Assembly (NCBI GenBank): GCA_964457285.1
Contig: CAYWGG010000001.1
Span: 1-54,399 of the forward strand
From: an uncultured Dehalococcoidia bacterium
GTDB taxonomy: Bacteria > Chloroflexota > Dehalococcoidia > Lucifugimonadales > JAGWBF01
Length of the DNA: 54,399 bases
Reading direction: 5' to 3'
Part shown: in pieces, positions 1 to 9,366 of the stretch
Position numbering within the stretch: the first letter of the stretch is position 1
Layout of the letters: every line of letters starts with the position of its first letter
The notes under the pieces: generated by a model
Seen by the model: only the letters and a program-made list of their open reading frames with translations
What the model was told of the DNA's origin: nothing
Database searches by the model: none
Translations under genes and position numbers: made by a program

Positions 1-252
1 ATTGGCTTCGCGGAAGAAGGCGCTGAACCTACGATCGCCGGTCTCCTGAGCGACTCGGCTTACAACCAGAAAAAGCTCTCTGTGCCCTCCGTGAGGCCAT
101 CCACGTCTCTCAGCCACAGACTTGACCATCTGGGCAGCAGCTCCCCAGAGCTTCTCCGAAGCCTGGACCAGGTCATCCTCTTCCAGAGCTTCCCTGGCTT
201 TTTCCAGAAGCTCACGGCTCACAGCGGCGTATTCGTCGGCGCGTGTGGTCAT
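1..252 (-). CDS. PaREP1/HEPN-like protein, array copy 1 (C-terminal end lies outside the window)
   Basis: ATG at 252-250 on the minus strand. My translation is MTTRADEYAAVSRELLEKAREALEEDDLVQASEKLWGAAAQMVKSVAERRGWPHGGHRELFLVVSRVAQETGDRRFSAFFREAN..., with no stop before the window edge. Confidence 0.6.
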   Translation of the reverse strand, partial: MTTRADEYAAVSRELLEKAREALEEDDLVQASEKLWGAAAQMVKSVAERRGWPHGGHRELFLVVSRVAQETGDRRFSAFFREAN

Positions 253-272
253 TACCTCTCCTTGATTTGATG

Positions 273-626
273 CTAAGTCTGTTCAAGCATGCCTACAAGC
301 TCCTGGACTCTTACCAGACCTTGTTCCACATGGTCTCTATCCATCCAGTGCTCGTAGAAGTTCCAGTGCAGGCTATTGGCTGTGTGGAATAGGTCTCTGA
401 AGCTGGCGTCGCCGGTCTCCTGGACCAGCCTGCTCACGACCCGAAAAAGCTCTCTATGTCCACCGTGAGGCCAGCCCCGCCTCTCAGCTACAGCCTTGAC
501 CATCTGGGCTGCGGCCCCCCAGAGCTTCTCCGAAGCCTGGACCAGGTCATCCTCTTCCAGAGCTTCCCTGGCTTTTTCCAGAAGCTCACGGCTCACAGCG
601 GCGTATTCGTCGGCGCGTGTGGTCAT
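273..626 (-). CDS. PaREP1/HEPN-like protein, array copy 2
   Basis: 117-aa ORF. The segment DLVQASEKLWGAAAQMVKAVAERRGWPHGGHRELF matches my recollection of the PaREP1 (HEPN-superfamily) core, including an R-x4-H element. Confidence 0.6.
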   Translation of the reverse strand: MTTRADEYAAVSRELLEKAREALEEDDLVQASEKLWGAAAQMVKAVAERRGWPHGGHRELFRVVSRLVQETGDASFRDLFHTANSLHWNFYEHWMDRDHVEQGLVRVQELVGMLEQT

Positions 627-646
627 TACCTCTCCTTGATTTGATG

Positions 647-1000
647 CTAAGTCTGTTCAAGCATGCCTACAAGCTCCTGGACTCTTACCAGACCTTGTTC
701 CACATGGTCTCTATCCATCCAGTGCTCGTAGAAGTTCCAGTGCAGGCTATTGGCTGTGTGGAATAGGTCTCTGAAGCTGGCGTCGCCGGTCTCCTGGACC
801 AGCCTGCTCACGACCCGAAAAAGCTCTCTATGTCCATCGTGAGGCCACCCCCGCCTCTCGGCCACAGACTTCACCATCTGTGCAGCAGCTCCCCAGAGCT
901 TCTCCGAAGCCTGGATCAGATCATCCTCTTCCAGAGCTTCCCTGGCTTTTTCCAGAAGCTCACGGCCCACAGCGGCGTATTCATCGGCTCGCGTGGTCAA
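647..1000 (-). CDS. PaREP1/HEPN-like protein, array copy 3 (TTG start)
   Basis: 117-aa ORF differing from copy 2 at a handful of residues. The start codon reads TTG (plus-strand caa at 998-1000). Confidence 0.6.
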   Translation of the reverse strand: MTTRADEYAAVGRELLEKAREALEEDDLIQASEKLWGAAAQMVKSVAERRGWPHDGHRELFRVVSRLVQETGDASFRDLFHTANSLHWNFYEHWMDRDHVEQGLVRVQELVGMLEQT

Positions 1001-1015
1001 CTCTCACCCTCTGTA

Positions 1016-2464
1016 TCAGATATATACACCTGGGCCTGCACTGGATATTGCGGCCCTCTGCATGGCCTGGTCGTACTCCGGGCCTCCAGGGAAGATTTTG
1101 CCGGGGTTGAAGCGGTTGCTGGGGGAGAAGGCATTACGCACCTTTATCATGGTGTCCATGTCCTGCCGGGTGAACACCAGGGGCATGTAGGCCTTCTTCT
1201 CCAGGCCAATCCCGTGTTCACCCGACAGCGTTCCCCCCATCCCCACGCATGCCTTTATCATTTCCTCCCCTGCCTTTACCACCTTCTGGAGCGAGCCAGG
1301 CTCACGCTCATCGAAGGCGATGCAGGGGTGGAGGTTTCCATCTCCGGCGTGGAAAACGTTAGCTACGAGAAGGTTGTATTTCTGGCTGATCTCCTCCACC
1401 TGTCTCAGGGCCTCGGTGAGGCGCGTCCTGGGGACAACCGCATCTACCAGGTAGTAGTTGGGCGCCAGGCTGCCCAGTGCGCCAAAGGCCCCCTTGCGGG
1501 CAGCCCAGAGGCGCTCTCTCTCCTGTGGGTCTATGGCTATCCTCACCTCCCTGGCGCCGGTATCGTACATGGTGGCCTCAACCTCGCCGCTTAGCTCCTC
1601 CACCTCTTCTTTTACCCCCTCCACCTCCACCAGCAGGACAGCACCTGCGTCGGCTGGAAAGACCCCTTTCGTCACGTTGAGTATCGCTTTTATACAAGCG
1701 GCGTCTATCATCTCTATAGCAGCAGGTACAACACCCTGGCCGATGATGCTGGAAACGGCGGTGCAGGCGGAGTCCACGTTGGGGAAGACGCCCAGCAGGG
1801 TCTTTACCGACTCAGGAAGGGGGAGTAAACGCACCACGATCCTGGTGGCGATGCCGAAGGTCCCTTCTGAGCCTACGAAGACGCCCCGGAGGTCGTAGCC
1901 AGGCACGTCCCGAGTCTTACCACTCAGCCAGGTCACCGAGCCATCCTCCAGCACCACCTCCATGCCCAGTACATGGTTGGTAGTCACACCGTAGGCCAAG
2001 CAGTGGGGGCCGCCTGCGTTCTCGGCTATGTTTCCACCCAGGCTACAAGCCCTCTGGCTGGAAGGGTCGGGGGCATAGCGCATGCCGTGTTTGTGGGCTG
2101 CGTAGTCCAGGTCCAGGTTCACCACGCCGGGCTCCACCACTGCCAGCCGGTTGACGGTATCAATCTCCAGGATGCGCCTCATCCGAGTCAGCACTATTTG
2201 GACCCCACCCAGGCTGGCTATAGCCCCTCCGCTCAGGCCAGTCCCGGAGCCTCGGCCCACCACAGGTATGCCCTCCAGGTGGGCCAGGGCCACCACTCGG
2301 CTGACCTCCTCAGTAGAAGCCGGGAAAACCGCGGCCTCGGGGGTGGCCTTGTCTATGGAGCCGTCGTACTCGTAGACCAGCAGGTCCTCGGGCTGGTAAA
2401 TCACGTTGGCTTTCCCCACGATGCCTTCAAGCTTTTTTATTATGCGCCGTCGAGCCATCGTCAA
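1016..2464 (-). CDS. glcD: FAD-linked oxidase, GlcD / D-lactate dehydrogenase family
   Basis: 482 aa. FAD-binding N-domain motif PVVGRGSGTGLSGGA and C-domain motif GGTLSGEHGIGLEK. GGAGG lies upstream of the ATG at 2464. Confidence 0.8.
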   Translation of the reverse strand: MTMARRRIIKKLEGIVGKANVIYQPEDLLVYEYDGSIDKATPEAAVFPASTEEVSRVVALAHLEGIPVVGRGSGTGLSGGAIASLGGVQIVLTRMRRILEIDTVNRLAVVEPGVVNLDLDYAAHKHGMRYAPDPSSQRACSLGGNIAENAGGPHCLAYGVTTNHVLGMEVVLEDGSVTWLSGKTRDVPGYDLRGVFVGSEGTFGIATRIVVRLLPLPESVKTLLGVFPNVDSACTAVSSIIGQGVVPAAIEMIDAACIKAILNVTKGVFPADAGAVLLVEVEGVKEEVEELSGEVEATMYDTGAREVRIAIDPQERERLWAARKGAFGALGSLAPNYYLVDAVVPRTRLTEALRQVEEISQKYNLLVANVFHAGDGNLHPCIAFDEREPGSLQKVVKAGEEMIKACVGMGGTLSGEHGIGLEKKAYMPLVFTRQDMDTMIKVRNAFSPSNRFNPGKIFPGGPEYDQAMQRAAISSAGPGVYI

Positions 2465-2685
2465 AGCGCCTCCAGTCCACCTGATCTGTACTTACTGATG
2501 ATAGCCCATTCCCTTTGCTCAAGACAAGTCCAGGGGTGCATCCATAATCCGTGAGTGCAATTTTTCACAATAGCTTTGGATCCTATCTGAAAACCGGGCC
2601 AATTTTCTTCACCCGGCGGGTGAAAATCGGTCGTATCTGCGTAGATTTGGCTACCCACGGATTATGGTGAATGAATGAAAGTCAC

Positions 2686-2713
2686 TTGACTGTCCCCCCC
2701 CCTGTGGTATAAG
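2686..2713 (+). promoter_or_regulatory. Candidate sigma70-type promoter for the LamG gene
   Basis: TTGACT (2686-2691), a 16-nt spacer, then TGG-TATAAG (2705-2713, extended -10 form). It sits about 100 nt upstream of the ATG at 2813. Confidence 0.35.
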
Positions 2714-2812
2714 TAGGCATTCTGAGGCATGGATCACTGTGGGACCCGCACCGAGTGGCCGCTCTCGCCTGCGGCCGTAGTGCCCGCCTGAGACGGGTGA
2801 GAGGAGCAAGCC

Positions 2813-4837
2813 ATGAAGCGCCTGAGCATGATGAGCAGAGCCGGATTCCTGGGATGGGCGGTCGCCCTACTGCTTCTCCTTATGCCAAACGACCACGCGG
2901 CCGGAGCACCCCCAAGTGCTGCACCGCCGCCAGGGCTGGTAAGCTGGTGGCAGGCGGAGGGGAACGCCAACGACAGCGCCGACGGCAATCACGGTACGCT
3001 GCAAGGCGGCGTGACGTTTGCGCCAGGCCAGGTGGGGCAGGCGTTCAGTTTCGACGGCGTGGATGATTATATCGAGCTGGGGAATCCCGCGAATCTGCAA
3101 CCGACCAATAGTGAGTTTACGCTCACAGGCTGGTTGATGGTTCCCAACTACCCGAATAACGCGGGAATACCCTGCAATTCCAACTATCCGATCTTCGGTT
3201 TTGACTCGGGGTACAGCGTCGGACTCCAGGGCAACGGGCATCTATCGTTTGGAAAATACTACACGGATTCCAATGGAGTATCCCTAGATAGTGCTGCCCC
3301 TATCTCAACAAACACGTTCCATCACGTCGCGGCGGTTCACACCACTACGGAACTACGCCTGTACGTGGATGGCAGCCTTGCCAACTCAGTGCCCAGCCCC
3401 ACAGGTGTCATTTACTACCAACCTGGTGACACGTTGCAGGTCGGAGCGCGAGGGTGTGGTGACAGGACCTTCTTCTTCAAAGGCCAGATCGATGAGCTAG
3501 CCTTCCACAACCGCGCCCTTACCGCGTCTGAAATCCAGGCGTTTATGCCGCAGTGCGTCCCGCCGCCCGCGGACATGGTGAGCTGGTGGCCGGGCGATGG
3601 CAACGCTAGCGACATCCAAGGTGGGAATTCGCCAGTCCAGACATTTGGAACACCCCAATTCATAGCGGCGAAAGTCGGCCAAGGGATGAAGTTTGATGGG
3701 GATGATGGCTTTCGAGTAGCGAACAATACGAACCTCAATTTCAGCATCGGAGACTCGCTCAGCATAGATGCGTGGGTGCGAGTTGATGGCCTGAGTCTCA
3801 GCGCTAACGATGCGATCGTACTCAAGACGCTGGGTACAGGCTACATAATTCACGTGATTGGCGAAAAACGAATCCGTTTCGCCATCGAAGACACGGCTGG
3901 CAATTTTGCCGGCGCTGTAACAGATCCCATTGGCGACACTAATTTCCATCACATCGCCGGCATCGTTGACCGCGGAAGCAACATGCTTACGATCTATTTG
4001 GATAGCGTGCCCCGCCAGAGCGTGTCTATTGCGGGGATTGGAAGCCTCGTAAATACCGCCTCACTATTTATCGGGCATCCATCAACAGAGGCCCCGACAG
4101 TCGTCCAACCATTTCGCGGGGTTATCGACGAGGTCGAAATCTTCAACCGCGCGCTCACCGCCGCTGAAGTCCAGGCCATCTACAACGCGGGCAGCGCGGG
4201 CAAGTGCAAGACCTCGTGTCAGGATGAGTTGGCGGCGGCGCAGCAGCAGGTCCAGACCCTCCAGAGTGAGCTTGCCACGGCGAACACCACCATTCAGACA
4301 TTGCAAGGGCAAGTCAGCACTCTGACGAGCCAGAACAGCACGCTCCAGGACCAGGTGGACACCCTGACGGCCCAGAATACTCAACTCCAGAATCAGGTCG
4401 CCGTTCTGGTGGCCCCAGGGTCGCAGGTCGCCTCCGTTATCCAGGGGATTCAGAGCCTCCTGCCTACCGCGCCGAAGGACGCCAAGGGCAAGCTGGAGCA
4501 GGCCATGAAGAAGCTCGAAGATGCCCAGATATTCCTCGCAGCAGGAGACCTCGACCATGCGCTCCAGGAGCTCAAGCCCGCCCTGCAAGAGCTCATGAAC
4601 GCTCAAGAGGAGGGCGCCAACACCGCTGCCTTGCAGCAGGCCCTCGTGGAAGGAGTTGCCCTGCGGGTCCAGCAGGCGGTCGCGGACGTGGGGGCCCTGG
4701 CAGGGTCGAGTAACAAGAAGGTGCAAGAGGCCAACTCGCTGTTGGAGCAGGCGGTCGCGTGGCTCCAGCAAGGGAAGTTCAAGGAGGCCCTGGACGGGTT
4801 CAGTAAGGCGCTGCAAAAGGCGTCTGAGGCCCGGTAG
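2813..4837 (+). CDS. Secreted protein with two LamG-like (Laminin_G_3) domains and a C-terminal coiled coil with helical-hairpin repeats
   Basis: 674 aa with an N-terminal signal-like segment (FLGWAVALLLLLMP...AAG). The entry motif occurs twice (VSWWQAEGNANDS... and VSWWPGDGNASD...), and each domain ends with DE(L/V)..(F)NRALTA.E(I/V)QA. Residues ~470-540 are a Q/T/L-rich heptad region. GAGAGGAG RBS. Confidence 0.75.
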   Translation: MKRLSMMSRAGFLGWAVALLLLLMPNDHAAGAPPSAAPPPGLVSWWQAEGNANDSADGNHGTLQGGVTFAPGQVGQAFSFDGVDDYIELGNPANLQPTNSEFTLTGWLMVPNYPNNAGIPCNSNYPIFGFDSGYSVGLQGNGHLSFGKYYTDSNGVSLDSAAPISTNTFHHVAAVHTTTELRLYVDGSLANSVPSPTGVIYYQPGDTLQVGARGCGDRTFFFKGQIDELAFHNRALTASEIQAFMPQCVPPPADMVSWWPGDGNASDIQGGNSPVQTFGTPQFIAAKVGQGMKFDGDDGFRVANNTNLNFSIGDSLSIDAWVRVDGLSLSANDAIVLKTLGTGYIIHVIGEKRIRFAIEDTAGNFAGAVTDPIGDTNFHHIAGIVDRGSNMLTIYLDSVPRQSVSIAGIGSLVNTASLFIGHPSTEAPTVVQPFRGVIDEVEIFNRALTAAEVQAIYNAGSAGKCKTSCQDELAAAQQQVQTLQSELATANTTIQTLQGQVSTLTSQNSTLQDQVDTLTAQNTQLQNQVAVLVAPGSQVASVIQGIQSLLPTAPKDAKGKLEQAMKKLEDAQIFLAAGDLDHALQELKPALQELMNAQEEGANTAALQQALVEGVALRVQQAVADVGALAGSSNKKVQEANSLLEQAVAWLQQGKFKEALDGFSKALQKASEAR

Positions 4838-4875
4838 TATCGTCTCTCGATGAGTCATTCCTCAGTAGACCCGAA

Positions 4876-4910
4876 AGGCCCCCGTCCGTCGGACGGGGGC
4901 CTCTTTCTGC
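4876..4910 (+). terminator. Rho-independent terminator after the LamG gene
   Basis: Perfect 12-bp GC-rich stem aggcccccgtcc/ggacgggggcct with a 3-nt loop, followed by ctttct. Confidence 0.7.
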
Positions 4911-5076
4911 GATTGTCCTGTCATGCCCTGCCCAGCACCGTACCCTGCAACACCCCAAGGGCTTCGCTCCGGCTGGCGCCAACCGAAGGCAAGCGGCGCT
5001 CATCGTGATCTCCTTCAGTCCTGATGGCCAGCTTTTTGTCAGGTCACCAGGGGACGTGGGGCCCGTTAGCGGATAT

Positions 5077-5991
5077 TCATTCTACTTTCCTCAGACTCTG
5101 GCCGGGGCCGAGGAGGCACCCTACCGATTCGCCTATCGCCCACACCATCGTGAAAATCGCAAGTAGCGGGCTCGTCAGCAGTAGCTTCTTCAGGTGTCGC
5201 CTTTTCCGCACCACGCGGGCCGCTATCCTGCCCATGAGTAATGGAGGGACGAACAGCGACACAGCACTCCGGAACACCCTGCTCGGCAAGCTAGCCCTGG
5301 CAAAAAGTGTGCCCGCATAGTAGCGGCTATAATGGTATCGCTGGCTTAGGAAATAGAGAAACCCGAAGCTCTTCTCATGGTATACGACGATGGACGGCTC
5401 CAGCAGGAACCGTTCGCCTCGGGCCAGTAGCTTCTCATGGAGAGTGGTCTCCCAGAACCCCTGGTCGAGGGTTTCCTCCAGACTGTCTATGCCTTCAAAG
5501 GCACTCCTTTTGTACGAGACGTTATTCCCTGGGATTTCTTTGACAATGCCCGGAGGCACGGGCTGCATATAGGAGCTGTACTCGCAGAAGAAGACTGCCC
5601 AGTCAACCAGGCGCTCATAGCTGCCGTTTTCTATCACCCCGCCCACGGCGATGCAGTCAGGGTGAGTGTGGTGCGCTTTGACCATCTCCTCGTACCAGCG
5701 TCCGTCCATGACGACGTGGTCTTCGATGATGGCGACGATCTTTCCGCTGCTATGCGCCAGGCCGACAGTACGAAGCTGTGGGATCGTCAGGCGCTCTGTA
5801 AAGGTTATCAGCTTAACCCAAGGGAATTGCTCCCTGATGAGGCGGGCGGTCTCCGCGCCCGTGACATCTGCCACGATGACCTCGGCCTCGACGTTTCCTT
5901 GTTGGGTGGCTAGAGAGGCTAAGCATTCCCTGACCATTGGCAGGCCATTCACACATGCGATGATGACTGAGAGATCAGGCGCATTCTTCAT
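5077..5991 (-). CDS. Glycosyltransferase family 2 (about 300-aa paralogue group, member 1)
   Basis: 304 aa with a GT-A start LSVIIACVNG. Shares AVGG.IENG...W(A)VFFCEY...GNNVSYKR...GFWE with 6019-6927, 32987-33898 and 37563-38549. Confidence 0.8.
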   Translation of the reverse strand: MKNAPDLSVIIACVNGLPMVRECLASLATQQGNVEAEVIVADVTGAETARLIREQFPWVKLITFTERLTIPQLRTVGLAHSSGKIVAIIEDHVVMDGRWYEEMVKAHHTHPDCIAVGGVIENGSYERLVDWAVFFCEYSSYMQPVPPGIVKEIPGNNVSYKRSAFEGIDSLEETLDQGFWETTLHEKLLARGERFLLEPSIVVYHEKSFGFLYFLSQRYHYSRYYAGTLFARASLPSRVFRSAVSLFVPPLLMGRIAARVVRKRRHLKKLLLTSPLLAIFTMVWAIGESVGCLLGPGQSLRKVE

Positions 5992-6018
5992 TGTAACCTA
6001 TCCCTTGATTCAGTTCTG

Positions 6019-6927
6019 TCAGTAAAATAGTCGGGCACAGCTACCCCCCTGGCCGCGCAGATACCCCCACATCTCTCCCCAGGCCCAACTGCTAAATAAG
6101 AGAAATACCAGTGGGGCTGCCATCAGGGATTTCACGCGGTGGCGTCTCTTGGGCCAGGTACTTCGTGCCTGACGCCACAGTGCTAAATAGGGAAGCAGTG
6201 GCGCTGTGAGGGCGCGGAGCCATCTTATGTAGCGGGGAGCCCCGCTAACACGCATAGCTGCAAAGCAGCGCCCGTGCTGATAGCGGCTACGGAAGAACTC
6301 CATAAAAGGGATGGGCTTTCGCAGCTTCACTACCAGGAGGGGATCAGTCCACAACTGATGGCCGCCAGCCCGAAGCTGCCAGTTGACAAACGTCTTCCAG
6401 AACCCTGTATAGCTCAGTTCTTCGGCCTCCCCTAGCGCTACTCGCTTGTACGATATGTTGTTGCCTGTCAGCTCGGCAGCAGGCCCAGCCTCGAGAGGCG
6501 GCATGAAGGCGTCGTACTCGCAGAGGTACGTGGCCCACCTCACCAGACTTTGGCAGTGGGCGCTCTCCAGCTCCACAGCGCCCCCGATGGCAGGCTCAGG
6601 CCGCTCAGCATGTACCCTGAGCAACTCCGTAATCCACTCACCGTCTACAATGCAGTAGGGATCCAGGATGGCGATGATCTCGCCCTGGGCCGCGGCGATG
6701 GCTGCACCACGTAGCTCCGGGACTGTCATGAGGTTAGAGAAGTGGAGCAAACGAACGTCAGGGAAGTGGTCCTGGATGAGAGCGGCGGTTTCATCTGACG
6801 AGCTGTCGGCCACGATGACCTCTGCCATCTCCCTCCCCGCCTGCCCTTCCAGAGCTGAGAGGCATTGGACGATCACGGAAGCGCAGTTGTGGGAAGCGAT
6901 CACTATAGATACCTTTGGCGTTTCCAT
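6019..6927 (-). CDS. Glycosyltransferase family 2 (paralogue group, member 2)
   Basis: 302 aa. VSIVIASHNC...; AIGGAVE...WATYLCEY...GNNISYKR...GFWK. Confidence 0.8.
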   Translation of the reverse strand: METPKVSIVIASHNCASVIVQCLSALEGQAGREMAEVIVADSSSDETAALIQDHFPDVRLLHFSNLMTVPELRGAAIAAAQGEIIAILDPYCIVDGEWITELLRVHAERPEPAIGGAVELESAHCQSLVRWATYLCEYDAFMPPLEAGPAAELTGNNISYKRVALGEAEELSYTGFWKTFVNWQLRAGGHQLWTDPLLVVKLRKPIPFMEFFRSRYQHGRCFAAMRVSGAPRYIRWLRALTAPLLPYLALWRQARSTWPKRRHRVKSLMAAPLVFLLFSSWAWGEMWGYLRGQGGSCARLFY

Positions 6928-6948
6928 AGCGTGGACCGAGGTCGCTGG

Positions 6949-8325
6949 TCAGGGCCTTCCCACTCCGTAGTAATCGAATCCCAGGCTTCGCACGGTAGCA
7001 GGGTCAAACAAGTTGCGGCCATCCACAATGACCGGCACCGCCATCCGCCTGTAGACCTCGGTCAGGTCCACCGACAAGAACTCCGGCCATTCGGTGAGGA
7101 TGAGGATAGCCTCAGCGCCATCGGTGGTTTCTTCTGGGGAGGCGCAATAAACCAGGCAAGAAGGGTCTTCGGGGAAACGATGCCGGAACTCGCTCATGGA
7201 GCGGGGGTCGTAGAGGCGCAGCCTGGCTCCTTCCTCCAGGAGAGAGCTAACTATCCGTAGGCTTGGCGCCTGTCGGACGTCGTCAGTCCCTGGCTTGAAT
7301 GACAGACCCCACACAGCCAGGGTTTTGTCTTTGATCACCCAGACAGCCTGACGTACTTTGATCAGGAACCTGTCTACCCGGTTCTGGTTGATTCGCTCCA
7401 CTTCTCTCAGGAGCGAGAAGTCAACGCCATGTTCAGCGCCAATCTGCGTAAAGGCCCGCAGGTCTTTCGGCAAGCAATAGCCACCAAAACCGATCCCGGC
7501 CCTCATATAGTGGGGGCCGATGCGTGGGTCCAGGCCAATCCCCTGGACTACCGTCCCCACGTCGGCGGTTGTGGCCTCGCACAGGTCAGCTACCATGTTG
7601 ATGAAGGAGACCTTGGTTGCCAGGAAAGCGTTGGAGGCATGCTTGATGATTTCGGCCGTGTTGACATCGGTAGAGATAACGCGGGCCCTGTGATTTGAGC
7701 CCAGGCGGTCCAGGAGCGGCTGGTAGACCTGGAGGAGCAGGTCCAGGGCGCGCCTGGATTCGACACCCAGGACGATACGGTCCGGATGGAAGAAGTCTTC
7801 GAGCGCAGCCCCTTCCCTCAGAAACTCTGGGTTGACAACGACGTCGAAATCAGCATCCGTGGCGTTTTCGGGGCCCCTGGCGCTGTGAGCCCTGGAGTAG
7901 CGGAGAATGCTTCGCTTAATCTGTTCAGCCGTCCGCACTGGGGTAGTGCTTTTTTCGACAATGCATTTGTAGCCGTTGATGTTCAAGGCAATGGTGTGGG
8001 CTACCTGCTCTATATAAGACAGGTCAGCCGATCCATCCTCTCGCTCAGGGGTGCCCACGCAGACAAAGAGAACGGTGGCCTCCCGAACAGCGGTGGGAAC
8101 GTCCGTCGCCACACGAAACCGGCCCGATGCCAGATGTCGCTGAAGAAGGTCTCCAAGCCCGGGTTCATAGAACGGAGCATCACCCCTGGCGATACGCTCA
8201 GCCTTCTTCCGGTCATCGTCCGCCCCTACCACTGACCAGCCCAACTCGGCCAGGCCAAGGGATGTTGGCAAACCCACATGGCCCAGGCCGAGGACTCCGA
8301 GCTTCAACTGCGTGTCTTCCGTCAT
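6949..8325 (-). CDS. ugd: UDP-glucose 6-dehydrogenase
   Basis: 458 aa. N-terminal Rossmann motif GVLGLGHVGLP and catalytic-Cys motif GFGGYCLPKD. Confidence 0.85.
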   Translation of the reverse strand: MTEDTQLKLGVLGLGHVGLPTSLGLAELGWSVVGADDDRKKAERIARGDAPFYEPGLGDLLQRHLASGRFRVATDVPTAVREATVLFVCVGTPEREDGSADLSYIEQVAHTIALNINGYKCIVEKSTTPVRTAEQIKRSILRYSRAHSARGPENATDADFDVVVNPEFLREGAALEDFFHPDRIVLGVESRRALDLLLQVYQPLLDRLGSNHRARVISTDVNTAEIIKHASNAFLATKVSFINMVADLCEATTADVGTVVQGIGLDPRIGPHYMRAGIGFGGYCLPKDLRAFTQIGAEHGVDFSLLREVERINQNRVDRFLIKVRQAVWVIKDKTLAVWGLSFKPGTDDVRQAPSLRIVSSLLEEGARLRLYDPRSMSEFRHRFPEDPSCLVYCASPEETTDGAEAILILTEWPEFLSVDLTEVYRRMAVPVIVDGRNLFDPATVRSLGFDYYGVGRP

Positions 8326-8457
8326 CTAGGTGCACCTGCATCAACCGGGGAAAGTGTGGCTAGCTATCTGCACAGTCATCAGGCTACTATAGCCGCTTCC
8401 AGCGAGGGAAGCGGGCCCTTTGGCAAAAGCGATTGTAGTGGCGCGTCCCTAACTCTG

Positions 8458-9285
8458 TCAAGCCGCACCAGTTGGCTTTCGAGCCTTGATGATAAACCCA
8501 TGGCCCAACCGCCGTAGCCAACTCCTGTAGAGTCCTTCAAGACGGCTTGTAATCCAGACACTTACCCTGGGCAAGAGCAGCTCCAGGGGGGCTGGGAACA
8601 ACTGGAAGTAGAAGTAGACCACGTCAACGACTTTGCAACCTGAGCGGTCCAGCAAACGCGCTATATCTTTTTCCGTGTACGCTCGTTGAACGTGGGTCAG
8701 GCTTGGGTGCGGGGGCTTGCGGGCTATGCGGAAGTACAACGGCCTGATGAGGTTCACCGCTGGATAGAAAACGTAGTGCCTCCACAGCCAATAGGGGCTG
8801 TAACGGCTGGGTGCGCTCAGAATCAGAGTGCCGCCAGGTCGCAGTACTCTGGCCATCTCTCTCAGGGCGGTCTCCTCTGTGGTGTACTCGATCACCCCTA
8901 GCGCCAGCACCGCATCGAAAAAATCATCCGGATACTCCAGGCGCTCAGCTTCTCCAGGGGCTAGATGCACATCGGGCCTATCGCCGAAATGCTTGCGGGC
9001 TTCCTCGATCATCCCGGCGGAGACGTCCGTACCCCAGAACTGGCAACCTCGCTCGAGGAAGTCCTCGATCATTCTACCAGGCCCGCAACCCACATCCAGT
9101 ACCTTCCCTCCTGGCTGATCGAAAAGCTCAAGGGTCCGTTCCTTCCGGGTGCGCAGCGAGAAGCCGAGGATATAGGGGTCCTCGTACAGCGTCCACCAGG
9201 TTTCTGCCGCCCAATCGAAATACTCGCGGGTTTCACGCCGCTTAGGTGGGTTTTCAGGACTTATGGACCCTCGTTGTTCCTTCAC
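8458..9285 (-). CDS. Class I SAM-dependent methyltransferase
   Basis: 275 aa. SAM motif I VLDVGCGPG, then a post-I acidic residue and LRPGGTLIL. Confidence 0.75.
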   Translation of the reverse strand: MKEQRGSISPENPPKRRETREYFDWAAETWWTLYEDPYILGFSLRTRKERTLELFDQPGGKVLDVGCGPGRMIEDFLERGCQFWGTDVSAGMIEEARKHFGDRPDVHLAPGEAERLEYPDDFFDAVLALGVIEYTTEETALREMARVLRPGGTLILSAPSRYSPYWLWRHYVFYPAVNLIRPLYFRIARKPPHPSLTHVQRAYTEKDIARLLDRSGCKVVDVVYFYFQLFPAPLELLLPRVSVWITSRLEGLYRSWLRRLGHGFIIKARKPTGAA

Positions 9286-9366
9286 CGTTCCTCTCTAGAA
9301 TCCCACAGAAGAGTAGCACGCTATGAAAATGACCTTCCAGGCCCGTTTTCATCCGTCCCTGGGTGT

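Larger units (their letters stand above)
1..1000 (-). repeat. Tandem gene array with a 374-bp period and at least 3 units; the array runs off the window start
   Basis: Gene landmarks recur at +374 (273->647, 626->1000, 252->626). The spacer cattacctctccttgatttgatgctaagtctgttcaagc is identical after 250 and after 624. Confidence 0.9.

Noticed and set aside
1-1000. Possible CRISPR array or non-coding satellite, suggested by the regular 374-bp periodicity (likewise the ~132-bp periodicity at 16500-17290)
   Set aside because: The periods are far too long for CRISPR repeat-spacer units. Both sets are fully explained by coding sequence (tandem genes; PD40 repeats). No short direct repeats with unique spacers were seen anywhere in the window.
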